NCBI RefSeq assembly: GCF_052425735.1
Contig: NC_135764.1
Span: 20,522,001-20,586,000 of the forward strand
Direction of reading: 5' to 3'
Origin: Oculina patagonica
Lineage: Eukaryota
DNA: 64,000 nt
Shown here: piece by piece, positions 49,639 to 62,700 of the stretch
Layout: every line of letters starts with the position of its first letter
Position numbering within the stretch: the first letter of the stretch is position 1
Position numbers and translations under genes: made by a program
Notes under the pieces: model-generated
What the model saw: only the letters and a program-made list of their open reading frames with translations
Database searches by the model: none
What the model was told of the DNA's origin: nothing

Positions 49639-51474
49639 GGCTTCCGCCAAGAGGAAGCTGGGGATGTTTTCGATCGTCTTCCAGCCCAAACAACTTCTCA
49701 GAAACAAGTGATAAACTCAAAAAATCCTGTGCGAACCTGTCGACGGCTTGAAAACTCTGAACGCCGTTCGTTTTCACTAACTACCCAAACGTAAACAAAG
49801 CGTCAATAATTAAATTGGTCGCTCGCACGCGCGCGTGACGTAACGTATTTAAAACCCTTGGTATTTTAAGACTTCCGATTCTGTCAAATCTCGTAATTTT
49901 TATGAGAAATTCAGTGATCGACTTTGCATCTAGTTCTTTTCTAAAGAGTATAGGTGGCTATTAGATCGAGACGTTGAGCTACAAATTTATTTCGCTTTAA
50001 GGGATCTTGTCATTCGAGCAGCAGGTTGGAACCGGAAGGGGTTGCGACACAGGATTATTCGAAACAAAAAGAACTAAATATACCTTTAGAACACGAAAGT
50101 TTAAAAGGAAGGCTTCAGTTTCTAACTGCAAAGGAACAAAATTCCTCTTATTTCCTGCTCCGCTACCGCGCGCAGCGCTGAACCACAACTATCACACCAC
50201 ACACGTACTAACGCTAGCGTCCATGTTACTTTCACGTGTAGAACACGTGTACCGTCTCTTCGTTCCGAAAGGCCAAGGTCTTTGCGGGCTGTTGGAAATA
50301 TCCGAGAGATAATATTCAGACTTTGAAATTAGATTTTTTTTCGCTCAAATTAAAAAAGTGAATTGCCTACATAGCAAGGTAGACTTAATTATAATGTCGC
50401 GGCCGAATTACAGACTGTCAATGAAAATTTTCTGTGATTCGCCGCGGTGATTTCGAAAGTCACGCAACGTTTCCTTTGAAACTGAAGCAGCGTTGCGTGA
50501 CGAGTCTAGGCAGTTTTGCTACCTGCGGAATATAATGTCTATAAAAGCTTTTATGCCAAGGAGTGAAGAGAAAAGCAATCTGTAACCAGTAACAGTTAAG
50601 CTGATTTACTTACCAGCATAATTTCGAAGCCTTCAAAAGTCTGGTCAACATCGCAGACGAGAGCTTAGGCAAAATTTATAGAACAGAGGCCGGCAACGCC
50701 GAACGGTCGGTTGTCTGTTTCAAAAATATCCCAGCGACTCGTCCACCGAAAGGCCTAGAGCAATCGTATAACTGTTTTGTCTTTTACTTAAGTTATGTAA
50801 GATTATACAGCCGAATTCTTCGTCAAATCTTGCCAAAACAACGGTTCCTGCGCCCTGTAGGTAATTAGGGAATTTACTTCGGATGAATAATTCAGTGTTA
50901 CGCAAGGTGAATTTGAATACACTAGTACTTTGTACTTTTCCAATTATGAGGAATAATGTAATTCAGCACATACGTCTGAGACTTTGTACGCTTTGTTTTA
51001 GTGTGAAGAGCAGTCATGCCTAAAACGAAAACTCCTGAGTCGCACGCGCTGAGCATTGGATCAGCACGCCATTCCAATTTCCGGCCCGTCTGACTGAAAA
51101 GGAGGCGAGAAGGGGAAAGAAAAAGTTAGTAGTATTTCAACCCCTGGAATAAATTTTAAACGGTTCTTAACATTTCATTCTGATGGACTGTAACATCAGT
51201 AAAAGTTTGTTTTGGTACCAGTTATGTTAATTCTTTGTGTTTTGGACTTGTACCTTGTACGGGTATTGTTCATCAAAACGTACAAGATCGTACAAGGAAT
51301 ATTGTTTTTCTGAGGTGAAGTTACACGTCTAGACGCCCTGACGGGGGGCGACACTCCAACCATTCTAATCACTCTAATAATGCCGTTTCCAGGAGAAAAT
51401 CAAGTCTTTAATTAATATAATTGGGGAAAAAATAAGGAGAAAAATCAGTTCTACTCAAACTCAAACACAACGTA

Positions 51475-51662
51475 CAGTTGAATCCCGATAACTCGACTTC
51501 AAGGGAAATCTAAAAAGGTTCGAGATATCGGGAGTTCGAGTCATCGAGGGTCCACTGATGTCCAATTAGTAAGAAAACTACCTGAAGGGATATCGGAAAA
51601 GGGTCGAGTTAGCGGGAGGTCCGAGTTTAATATTGAGGGTTCAAGTTATCGAGATTCAACTG
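51475..51662. mobile_element. Tc1/mariner-type MITE, second copy of the 34019 family
   Basis: TA|CAGTTGAATCCCGATAACTCG..GTTATCGAGATTCAACTG, colinear with 34019-34193. Confidence 0.85.
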
Positions 51663-51788
51663 AAGTAATTTTGAAAAGTATTTGCCCAAAAGTTCTTGCA
51701 AAATGAAAATAAAAAGAAATTGTTTTGAAACATCGAATGCTGTCGGACCGAAAATACAAAAAACAGCTCTACAGAAAGAGATTTTATA

Positions 51789-51963
51789 ATTGCTGGCTTG
51801 CAACCACGTGACAAAGCGGCCATGTTGTTGCATTGGGGGTCAAAACAATAAAATAAATTTACGCAAAATTTACATGATAAAAAAGTAAAATTCCCAGCGG
51901 AGGAAAACGCTTTGTTCTTGTCCCCCAGCATGGCCGCCATGACGTCAGTTGCAAGCCAGCAAT
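51789..51963. mobile_element. MITE (ATTGCTGGCTTGCAAC termini)
   Basis: Perfect 16-bp TIR extends imperfectly through GCGGCCATG / CATGGCCGC. Confidence 0.85.
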
Positions 51964-52408
51964 CGGAGGAAATATCTCAATCTAAATAAAACTCCATAAG
52001 GGCCCAGCGTCTTGCGAGCTTCATTTTTTTCGGGGTGGGGGAGGGGGGATTCATGGTAAGGCTTATGGAGACTGTTTTGGCGGGAAGTGGGAGATCAACT
52101 AATAACCACCACAAAAGGATTATAGTAACAACAGGTATCCTAGAAATTCAATTTTATTTCTTAAAAGCACGAACGCTTACAGTAACACTAATTTTACACT
52201 TGGTTCAAGGACGCAGAATGTACAATCGATACCTTACTTCGCTCAAAGAATAGAAAAATTAAGGCTAACTCGTCTTTATAACACACAAACAGCAAGCATA
52301 AGGATACGAACTGTACACTTTTACGCTATTTCTTAAAGCTAAAACGGAATCTTCTATTTCCTAGACTCTTTAGTAGTCGTTTTTTGTGTCGTCACGCAAC
52401 GCTGTGAC

Positions 52409-52529
52409 TAGCCTGTTCCAGGCTCTCGGTAGTTGAAGGGGAAAGCGAAAAATGCCGCCTCATTTTTTCCTCGCTCACCCGCGCGCGTTATTCGCTCTCC
52501 CATAACTACCGAGAGCCTGGAACAGGCTA
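52409..52529. mobile_element. AcademH-like MITE, 9-bp TSD
   Basis: Perfect 26-bp TIR TAGCCTGTTCCAGGCTCTCGGTAGTT with a perfect CGCTGTGAC duplication at 52400-52408 and 52530-52538. A half copy lies at about 48161-48240. Confidence 0.85.
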
Positions 52530-53061
52530 CGCTGTGACAAGACGTGCAACAAGCGTTGCCTGGCGACAACAAAAAAAAGGCGTCACACAACGTGACAAAA
52601 CCATAACAACAATAAAGCTGATTGTTGTTTTGAAGTTATAATGTAAGACAATGTAACCAAGCTGAGAGTGTAAGAACCTCCACAGCAAGTTTTATGTTTA
52701 ACGTTTGTCAACTCTAAGTTACATTTACACTGGCAAACCTTTAAATTAAATTTTACCCAAGAAAGTGGAGAGCCCCCTCCCCAACTCTTACGCCTATGAA
52801 AACTTAACCCCAAACTGACTTCAAATAAGAAATAAGCTGTTACACTAAAGGCTGAAAGGGTTTCCGAGCAAATATTACAAAGAAAATTCTTTTTAATAGT
52901 AGACATTTTACTGATGACAAAATTCCGTACATTTACTTCCAAATTAAAAATAAATCAATAAAAAAAATTACTAGGATTTGTAGTCTGGGACTTGAGAAAC
53001 TTTATATAGAGGCAGTTTAAGTCTTAAAACTCATTACTCCTGCAGATTTTAAGATTCCTAA

Positions 53062-53289
53062 GGGACGGACCATTATTTTTTTTGGAGGGCGGATGAAAAA
53101 TATTTAAAAAAATTGTTTGCAGGGCCTGGAAAGACAAAATGAATTGTTTGCAAAAGCGATATGTATAACAAAAAATAGTAAGAATTTCGAAAAAAAGTTT
53201 GAAGAAGTGCATAAACTAAAAAAAAAAAAGGTTTGCAGAGGAAAATTTTTCATCCCCCGCCCCCCTCCAAGAAAATAATGGTCCGTCCC
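53062..53289. mobile_element. MITE, TAA TSD (PIF/Harbinger- or Zator-like)
   Basis: TIR GGGACGGACCATTATTTT with TAA at 53059-53061 and 53290-53292. Confidence 0.85.
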
Positions 53290-53798
53290 TAAAGCGTTGA
53301 TGTTCAGCCATTTATTTGGATTGTCACGCAGTGCTCCTCGAACGTTGCGTGACAATCAAAATAACGGCCGTAATGAAGTAACCTGAATTTTTTTAAAACT
53401 GCACACTTATGCAGTTAAGCTAAGAGTAAAATTCAAAATTTTCAGTCTTTGTTCTTTCTTATTTTAGAGAAGTTAAATTCAAATTCGTAAGCCTAATGAA
53501 ACAACATAAAACAAAGACTAAGACTGCAGTTTATATGTAACGCAAACGTTCTTCAAAGTACCTCGCGCAACTTCTTCTCCGAGGATTGCGCGTCACGCAA
53601 TCCTTTTTCCAAAAAGATAGCGTAGCACGCCTCCACAAAACTGTTGAAGCATCTAAAATTACTTTAATGACAAGAGTGATACTTACTAAAACAACTTCAA
53701 CTGAAAACAGGATCTAGTCTACAAATGACAGAATTCTCGCACGCGCCTTTCTGAGCACGGAGAATGACTGTTGTGTCTTACATGACAGGCCCAGTCAC

Positions 53799-56700
53799 TT
53801 ATGTACTTTTCTTGGCTTTCTTAGCTTTGTTCTTCTTTTTTCCTTTTCGTGGAACCCTCTTGCCTTGAATTACGTTAAGTTTGTCTTTAATATATCCTTT
53901 CCTATTATTCTGTAAAGCAAACACAGAAGGAAACAATTCTTAGTGGCATGTTTCATCATTGTTATAGACCTCTGGGCAAATCAGGGAGTCCGTGAATTTC
54001 CAAGAATACGAGAAGACATTTCTTAGAATGTACCATCAATCTAATGAAAGGCTAACATGGGAATAACAGGACATTCTGTCCGCCAAAACATGCCGTATAT
54101 ATTTTCTAAAAAAATCCTTACAACGAGTAAACGGAACCAACATTGCTAAAACTTATTCATAAAGCGAGAGCAACCACAGGGCGAATCGCTAAGGGAACAA
54201 ATAGGTTAGCAAACCAATAAGAAGTCGGCGTTAAAACACGTGATCGGTGGCGAGCGCGGGAAAACAGGCGAGCAGTGGCAAAGGAGGTTAAACAGGTGAC
54301 CGGTAAAAAAAAGGCGGGAAAGCATGTGACTGCTAGCAAGTGCGGGAAGAATAACGCTAACCAAACCACGACTAGTTGTAGTTTTATGAAATTGTTTAAA
54401 AATGATCGCATCTTAATTATGATAGACGAACTGTACACATCACATTACACTTACCCGCCTGGGAATATATTTGCTTTTTGGTTTTAAATTTGTTGCTCTC
54501 TTAGGTACACCACTCTTGACTCGATTCACGTAATCTTTAACCCTGCAGATAAAAAATATTTCATCAGTTTTGTAAGATGCAGTTTCATCTCGGAAGGAAA
54601 TTCGTTCTTTACTTACATGATACCAGAATGAGATGTCATTCCAGAACGAAAGTTTCATTCCGGAATGAATACCGAAATAAACTAATTCCGGAACGACTTG
54701 TGCGGAAACGAAATTTCGTCCCGGTATCATGTAAACAGATACAGAGAAATATATGAGGATTGAATGAACTCATTCCGGAATGAAAGTCATTCCGGTATCA
54801 CGTAAACAGGCCTCAGTAACATACAACATTTACAAATGACTTGAGGACATACCAGAAATGAATGAGGAAATCATTCTTTGTGGAAGCAAGCTTACCTGTA
54901 AATTCTAACTAGCCAATGCTCAGAAGTGAAAGCTTCTTCTAAATGCTCTAACTGGAAGTTTTTATTTCCAATTTCTACGTTACGAGTCCGGTCAAAACCA
55001 GACGGAGATCGGAAGTCAAGCTGAAAAAAAAAGGGAAATTTCGGTTAGCATTTGCTTCACACGCATAGAACTGACCTTAGCCTGCAGTGTTGAAATTTCT
55101 CAGTAGCAATCATTAATTTTAACTATGTTTATATCAGCGGAAGAGAATCAGAAATTGGTCCGACTGATTTAAACAAAGCATTGACACATTCCTGGTCACA
55201 CTTGCATCATACTGTAGGTTAGTTAACCACACTAGATTATACATTATAGAAAAGTGACTCTGATAACGGAAGATTTTGAAAGACATTTCAGAATAAATAT
55301 CAAATATTAAATATTACATTTCTATAAATATTGTTCCGTACCTTGTAAAATTTGCATTTGATAATGGTGACATGTCTTCGCCGAAACGTCATGTTTTTAT
55401 AGCGTTAATATAAGTTATTCAGAAAAGTGACTGAGAACAAATAAACTTTGTATCTACGCTTTCTTATATAAGGGCGCATCTTAGTCAGGAAATTTCAAAG
55501 ATTTTACAGTGTATGAAACATGAACCAATTATTCTGGCACAAAGCAATATTGTCTTTCTACAATAAGTAATTCCCAATACCTTGGAACTCCATTTTACTA
55601 AATCTTCAGTTACAATGCAGTGGAATTTTTTTCCGCAAGAAAATTTTTCAGATTTTTTCAGTAGGGGCGTCTAAACCTGCACTTACTATCCGGCTAACAA
55701 GTTTATGAGGTTTACCTGCAACTCTCCAAAGCGATAGTAACACATCTTGTACATGAGACAGTTCAACAAGATGGGTGAACCGGCCGAGTCCACACGAAAC
55801 TCGCCTTGAGGTGTGAAGTAATCTGACTCCTACAACAAATCATATAACAGCTGTGTTAAACAGGTAGCTTCCGATGTGAGGGAGAAGAGAGAGAATTGGA
55901 AAGAGAATGAGGAGTCGAGGATGGGGTAAAAGGCGGGTTTGGAGAACAAATCCTAATCCATCTCTGGGCGCCAAAAAAGCCCTAACATGTCGTAACTTGC
56001 GATAATAAATCAGTCGTGGACCTGGGGTATTCTTGAAAAGTATATAGCTGTCACATTTGGACTTCTAATTACGGGGCTCATATATCGTATTTGCAGAGAA
56101 AATTATAGTTTCTGCATTTTCCAGGCTTGGTGTAATAAGTAAATTCACATTCCTCGGAACAAGAATTTAGCTAACTGACGCAGAATTCAATTAACACCTA
56201 CAAAGTAACTGTGCACTAAACCCGAGACTGTTCCCAAAGACCCACTTCCTTTTCCATACTTTTCCAGGACTGAAAAACTAGTAAGAAGATATAAATGCTC
56301 TTGCTGGAACCTCTCTCCAACTACACAGGTACACAGTCAGTTTTTATTAACGGCATTAGTATAAAAAACATCAACTAAAATATCCGAAAGAGAATCGTCC
56401 AAAATTTCGGCAAACTGTTAAGAGAATTATGTGTTGACTAACCTTGATTTCTTGAGGATGCTCGCCCTCTGCGATCCTGACCATCCACAGGAACTTGTTG
56501 ATATCATCACCAGAGTAACCAATCACACCACCGAATATAACCAGCACATAATCCACGTCCAGCATCTTCATGATCTTGTATGCTGCTGTCTCGTTGGACG
56601 ACATGGCTTTCCCAACCTGAAAATCAAATGTGAAAGGCTTACAAGGCCACTTTTCAAAGCCCAGTAGCTCAACATGCTGGAGCTGGTTAAGCGTCTAGCA

Positions 56701-59700
56701 GTTTGGCTTAAAAAGTCGCTGGTTAGTGGTACCCATATGTTCTCCTGGGTAGAGATTTAAAAACCTAATTAGAGAAGTGTCTTCCCCATGAGCACGCAAA
56801 ATGACCCTAACCCAGGCTCAAACAGAGCTCTCGACCTGTAATCCAGGCTGTCCAGCGTACTAACCACTGAGATAGTTCCAACAAGACTCCCACAAGGCAA
56901 ACTTAAGTTAAAAGAACACATGTTCTTCGTTGCAAATCAGATTCAAATCTTGATAACACCAGGCTCCTTCTTTTTCTAGTTTGACACTAACCCTTAGTCT
57001 TTAAAACACCCAAATAAAAGTTTTTAGTTTTTTCTTTGCTACACGAGTTTGAACGTTAGCCATATTCGGTTTGTAACATTGATAGCATCAGTGATGGCCC
57101 ACACCCTCCTTACTTTGCTCAAACAATTTGCTCCTGAGCCTGCTGGACAAGCTGAGGCTGTTCTCGTTTAGCAACTTATCGTTAATTTTGTATATTTTAT
57201 TTCTCTATGTCCATACCAGTGCTATATGACTGTTATTCCAAGTGTTATTGTCCACAAGTGTCGTTCTATTGGCCATGCCAGCAATCTGATATCCATAATC
57301 CCACCAAGACATCACCCTGAAGTAAAGACAATAACTTTTATTAAAAGACTTTAAGGGGCTTTGTCAGGGATATTAACACATTTATTTATTGAACAGCCAA
57401 AATATAAAATCTTGTCCAAAGATATCTAAAAGTAATGGTCCATTTTCATTAACAATAATTTTTTGCTGTATTTAAACACTGAAACTGTTAATAAACATCT
57501 TTGGCTGTGGTTCGCTTGGATAGACATGGATTACAACTTTAAATCAAAGAGGTCTATGACCTACTCGTGAATGCACAGATATTATATACATATTTGTCTT
57601 GTATAGAGTTTCGTTACTCTTTTACTGATTATCCTTTAATAAATCGTGCCGTGCTCTAACCTTCCCAGTCTTTTAATAACACATACATAAAGTCACTGGT
57701 CATCGTTTCCGAATGTTCGCGATTATTATATAAGAAAAGGCAATATTTCATCATTTGGGAAACTATTGTTTCTCATTTACAGGGGTGAAGTATTTTCTAC
57801 ACTTATTCCTAAATAATACCTTTGTAAAGCTGTATTTTTATTCACAGCCGAGGGAAACGAAATTCAGAAAGCGCCCTTGAGCATACCTAATTTGCATAAT
57901 GTTAAGGATGGAAGGATGGATGGCCCAACTTCCCCACTATAATCGTTCATTATGCATTCACGAGTAAAAATGAGACTAAACTTTTCACGTTGTTTCTGTG
58001 AGTCTTCTATCACAAAAATGTCATAATCTAGATTCAAAGTGAACAAAGACAAAGGGGTGGGTTGTTAGAAATACTATCTAAGCTAAAAAGTGAAGTCAGT
58101 TTAAATTATGTAGTAGTTGACAAATCAAATTACACACCTTGCATTGTCATCTGTATTCTGTCTTAGCCAGAAGTACGCTTCTCTGAAATCATCTAAAATG
58201 TTTCGACTCCTGTAGAGAGAAACCAAGGAAACTTATAACTCCCTCGGGGGTTAGAGCTTTTATCACATCAAATCATAGATGAGTTAGGGTACATTGTACA
58301 CACAAAAGAAATAAAGTGGACTTTTTAGTGTTTTAGTGCTGTTTGATAGGACATTTTCACAAAATATCAACAATAATAAGTTATGTGGTGGTTGAATGTC
58401 TTGAAAAGCAAAAATTACATTGTTGCCTTGTTCATAGATTGTCATGATTTAACACCCAAGGGTAGGTGTGTGGGAGAGGGCTTATTTAAAAAATAAAACC
58501 TCCAGATAGAATTATTAGAGAGGGGACGTTAAGTTAGGTTGCTGTGTTTTTCTTCTGCTATGTGACTGACTGTTGTTTTATATGTCACACGGTTTTTCCT
58601 ATCAGCTGGTAAGAAATTGAGCTAAACAAGACAAAGGATTAGTCTTACCCATCATAGTTAGTAGACGCCAACACAACTGAGGGACTGGAGTAGGCATTAC
58701 TGGTTACCCAGGTACAGTGTACAGCAAACATCATCAGCATCATTACTATACACATGACCACCATGCCCTTGAGATTGGCTCCAATCATTCCACCATCTTC
58801 CTCTTTTTCTACTTCTTCCTGCTTCGTGTTGTTCTGAGATTTCTTTTTGCCAGGCTGGTGAGAAAAGCAATTTAAGAAAGCTCGTAAAAGACAAAAGGCA
58901 CTGATTTCTGTGACTGATCTTTGGCAAGTTTAAATGACAATATTAAATGTCACTGTTCTGGTTTGAAATACGTATATGTAGTTAAGTTGGAGTAACATTT
59001 GACAATGCACAGCCACATCAACTAGCACCATTTTAGAGGCAGTCCAGGGTGCAAAGAAGATTGATTTTCCAGCTTGCTTCATGCAATTGGAACTATTGTG
59101 TGCTAGACTGAAGGCCTTTCTCAGTGGGCTTAAATGTACTTTAGTCTTAATCTGCCAAGTAAATTCCAGAAATTAATGTTACTTGCCCATTGTGCAGGTA
59201 CATGTAATGGGTAAAATCCACAAGCCTGACAGGGAAGTTCCTAGACGTAGGTCCTAGTCTCGTACTATCAAACAGGACTTTCTTTGCACAGTGAGAGTAC
59301 CCGATATGGAACTCACAATATCTAAGGGCATCATATTGACCTCGTGCTAGATTATTCTGTCTTACTTTGATGGTGAATTCCTTCTGGAACTCACGTTATC
59401 TGAGGGCATCACATTGCATGACTTCATGGTAGATTATTCTGTCTAACCCGGGTGGCAAGTTGCTCGTGGAACTCAAGTCATCTGAGGGCATCACATTGAG
59501 CTTGTGGTAGATTATTCTGTCTATTTTTGGTGATGAGTTCCTTATGAAACTCACATCATCTGAGGGTATCACATTGACCTCATGGTAGATTATTAATTAT
59601 TTTTGTCTAACCCAGGTGGTAAGTTCCTTATGGAACGTGCGTCATCTGAGGGCACCATATTGACCTTGTGCTACATAATCCTTTCTTACTTGTGTAGTGA

Positions 59701-62700
59701 GTTCCTTATGGAACTCATGTTATCTGAGGGCATCATACTCAACTCGTGATAGATTATTGTGTCTTACTTGTGTGGTGAAAAGTTCAAGAATACCAAATTA
59801 GATTTAAATTAATCTTTGCAATATTGTTGGGACGGATAAAAGCAAAAAGAAGCTCATGCCTTAATGGCCAAACAGAAACAACAGTGTACGGCAAACACCA
59901 TCTGCAAACAACATCACTCAAGTTCAACCCACCCACCCACACATAAATACAAAAAGGAGTTGAATGTTTAAGGTAACCAACAAGGTCACACATACCTTAT
60001 CATAAAGATCCTTCCTCTTTTTCTTGTCATTTTCCTCACTACTACTGTCTGCGTCAGCTGACACAACTTCAGACTCCTTGTTTTCAGATGGCCGATCATC
60101 GACAAGGTAGTTATCCAAAGTTACAGAGAAAGCAATGGCTGCCAAGATGCATACGACTGGAGTCAAGGTCAGCATGAGACGAACCATTACACCAGCAAAG
60201 TACACAGCTGTTGTGGCGTACAGGACAACTGCAGTGGAATAAAGCACACAGAATTAATCTATAGTTATGTAACGCTCTCACTGGCTATGTGTGCTCAATT
60301 TAATTCAGGAAATATGTACAAGAAATGCTCAATTTATTCATAATATGAATTAAATTAGTAGAAAGAATTCTATGATTCAATAAGACTTCTTAAGGTATCA
60401 CTGAAGGAAAATTGGCGTTTTCGTTCCCAGTGAAATTGTGTGCAAACCATCAATGGTAACCCCAATAAAGTGTATATTTTCTGAAAGCTTATTAAACAAA
60501 GATGGTATTTTTGGCTTTTGGTTTGATCACATAGACCATAATAAGCAACATCAGCATTTGTTTGCAATTATGATGTTGCGCAACATTAAGTTTATTTGAG
60601 AACACATTTTACATGAGCCTTAATTTTATGTGGAATTTAATCTACATATATTGGTCTAATAAATGGTGTCTCAGATTTTTCTTTTCTTGCTCCATTAATT
60701 TTTTTTATGAATTTTTAATCCTAAAAACACCATTTTTACAGTAAGTTTAAAAAATTAGAAAAAAATTAATGGAACAAGAAAAAAAATCGGAGAAACCAGA
60801 AACACACCGTGTTGTTTCAGAAAATATCCTTACCGCCCCATGGAAGGTTTTTTGGTTTGACCCTTCCACCCCTCTGGAAATTCTAAAGCTTGATACATTC
60901 TTTTTAATTTTTTTCTTATGAGGCCCCACCCCTCAAAATTTAAAATAATCTTGTGTGGGGTTGGCATGGATATTTTCTGAAACCAAACAGTCCACTCATC
61001 CTCACCAAAGACTCTTTCGTCATTGATTTTCTTGACCACAAACCACAAGCCAGCAGGAAAAGTGCAGATCAAGACGTGAAGATCAAAGAAGAATGACACC
61101 CATGTGGTAGGCTGATGTTCAGAGACAGACGCAATGATTGGAATGTGAATCTTTGCATATCTGGAGAAAAAAACATTCAAAGAAATTTATAAAGCAAATT
61201 TTTGTTTTTCACCCAGGGGTTTCAATAAGGAGGGGGGGGGAGTAGCCAACTTCTCTAGGTGAAGTAGAGCGCAGGAGCAGATGCTTTTCATCAGCTATTG
61301 ATGCTTTACTAAAAGCACTGTTCACTGTACAGGCCCGCAAATGATCCCGGCCCGCAAATGATCCCGGGAACGCAAATGATCCCAAATTGGACCGCAAATG
61401 ATCCCAGTACCGGAAATGATTTGTGTAAATGATACAACAGAACACTTGGAATGGCGTGGACTTTATGAATCGTCTATGGATGTATTTTTATAAAAGACCA
61501 AGTGCCTCAGGCATTATAAAACGCAACGAATAAAAGCGGTGAAAATAACGCGCGAAATAACAAAATTAACATGTGACCATCTAAGTTTTTCATTTAGAAA
61601 ACACACCTAAAAAATAAACATGAATCTTCGAAGACGCCTCTGCTGTCTAAAGCCACTTCCTGTACAATGCTGCCTTGGTAGACACGAGCCTCCTTTTCCT
61701 TGGAAGCGCACAAAATTTCTACGTGCGAATTTTGGAGTTTATGACAGATTTTGAAACCGTTATTTGAAAACACATTTTCCTTCACAATTCGTTCTTGCAA
61801 ATATAAAATGAAATACAGTAAACGGTTACAGCGTCTCTGAGTAAATTTATTTGCATACCGCACGCATAGAGCTGTCAACTTTTGCACGTGCAAATTTCTT
61901 ACTGTCAATTAATCTGTACTGAAAGCTACGCGAAAATGAAGTCAGTTTTTGAGAGAATTTTTAGTTGCCTGTGTCAGAATTTATTTCAGTGACTTGATGA
62001 TCATGAAGACATTTAAAGAAAAAAATAACCACAGATTTCGAAAAAGAGTAGCTCGATAACAAGTGTCGGAGATCGATATGATAGAAATCAGCAACAAAAC
62101 TCAACTTTCTTCCACACTTTTATACGTCTAGACATTTATAATGTCGCTATGAACGCTGCGTGACTGCGTGTGAATGGCTATCAGCTTAATTAAAGCATTT
62201 CGCCGCAAATAAATCATCCCTTGATTGGAGAGAGTTCATATTTCTGTTGGTTGGATTGTTAAACTTTATGTCACGTTTTAGGTTACTAATCGGAGCATAT
62301 TTATCAGCTATATTGATACAGTTGTGGTTTTGAATTTAGTATTTTCAAACTTGGCCCAATAGAGCCGGCGTTTATTTGATTCAAGCAGTTTGTTCAAGCT
62401 CTATATTTCTAAGAAATAATTTTCATTCACTATTTAAAACAGCCATATATGTAGGCATCATTTCCAAAGCATATTACTTTTTAAATAAATGTTAAAGGGG
62501 TTTATTTTCAAATACAGCTTGGAGACTCGGCGTTTATTCGGGGCCCGGCGTTTAATCAAGAAAATACGGTACTTTAGTAAATCCCCGGGGGGGGCACCCT
62601 GTATATTTTTGGGCGGGGGTGTGCCGCTGGGAATTTGAAGCCCTTGCCCTATACCAGACCATGTTCAGCTGATTTTTGCAACCCTATACCAGACTAGACA

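Noticed and set aside
59308-59785. CRISPR-like array or snoRNA/hammerhead cluster
   Set aside because: Whole units are homologous with no unique spacers, the context is a eukaryotic intron with no cas genes, TGATGA..CTGA occurs in only one unit and antisense to the host, and there is no CTGANGA/GAAA core.
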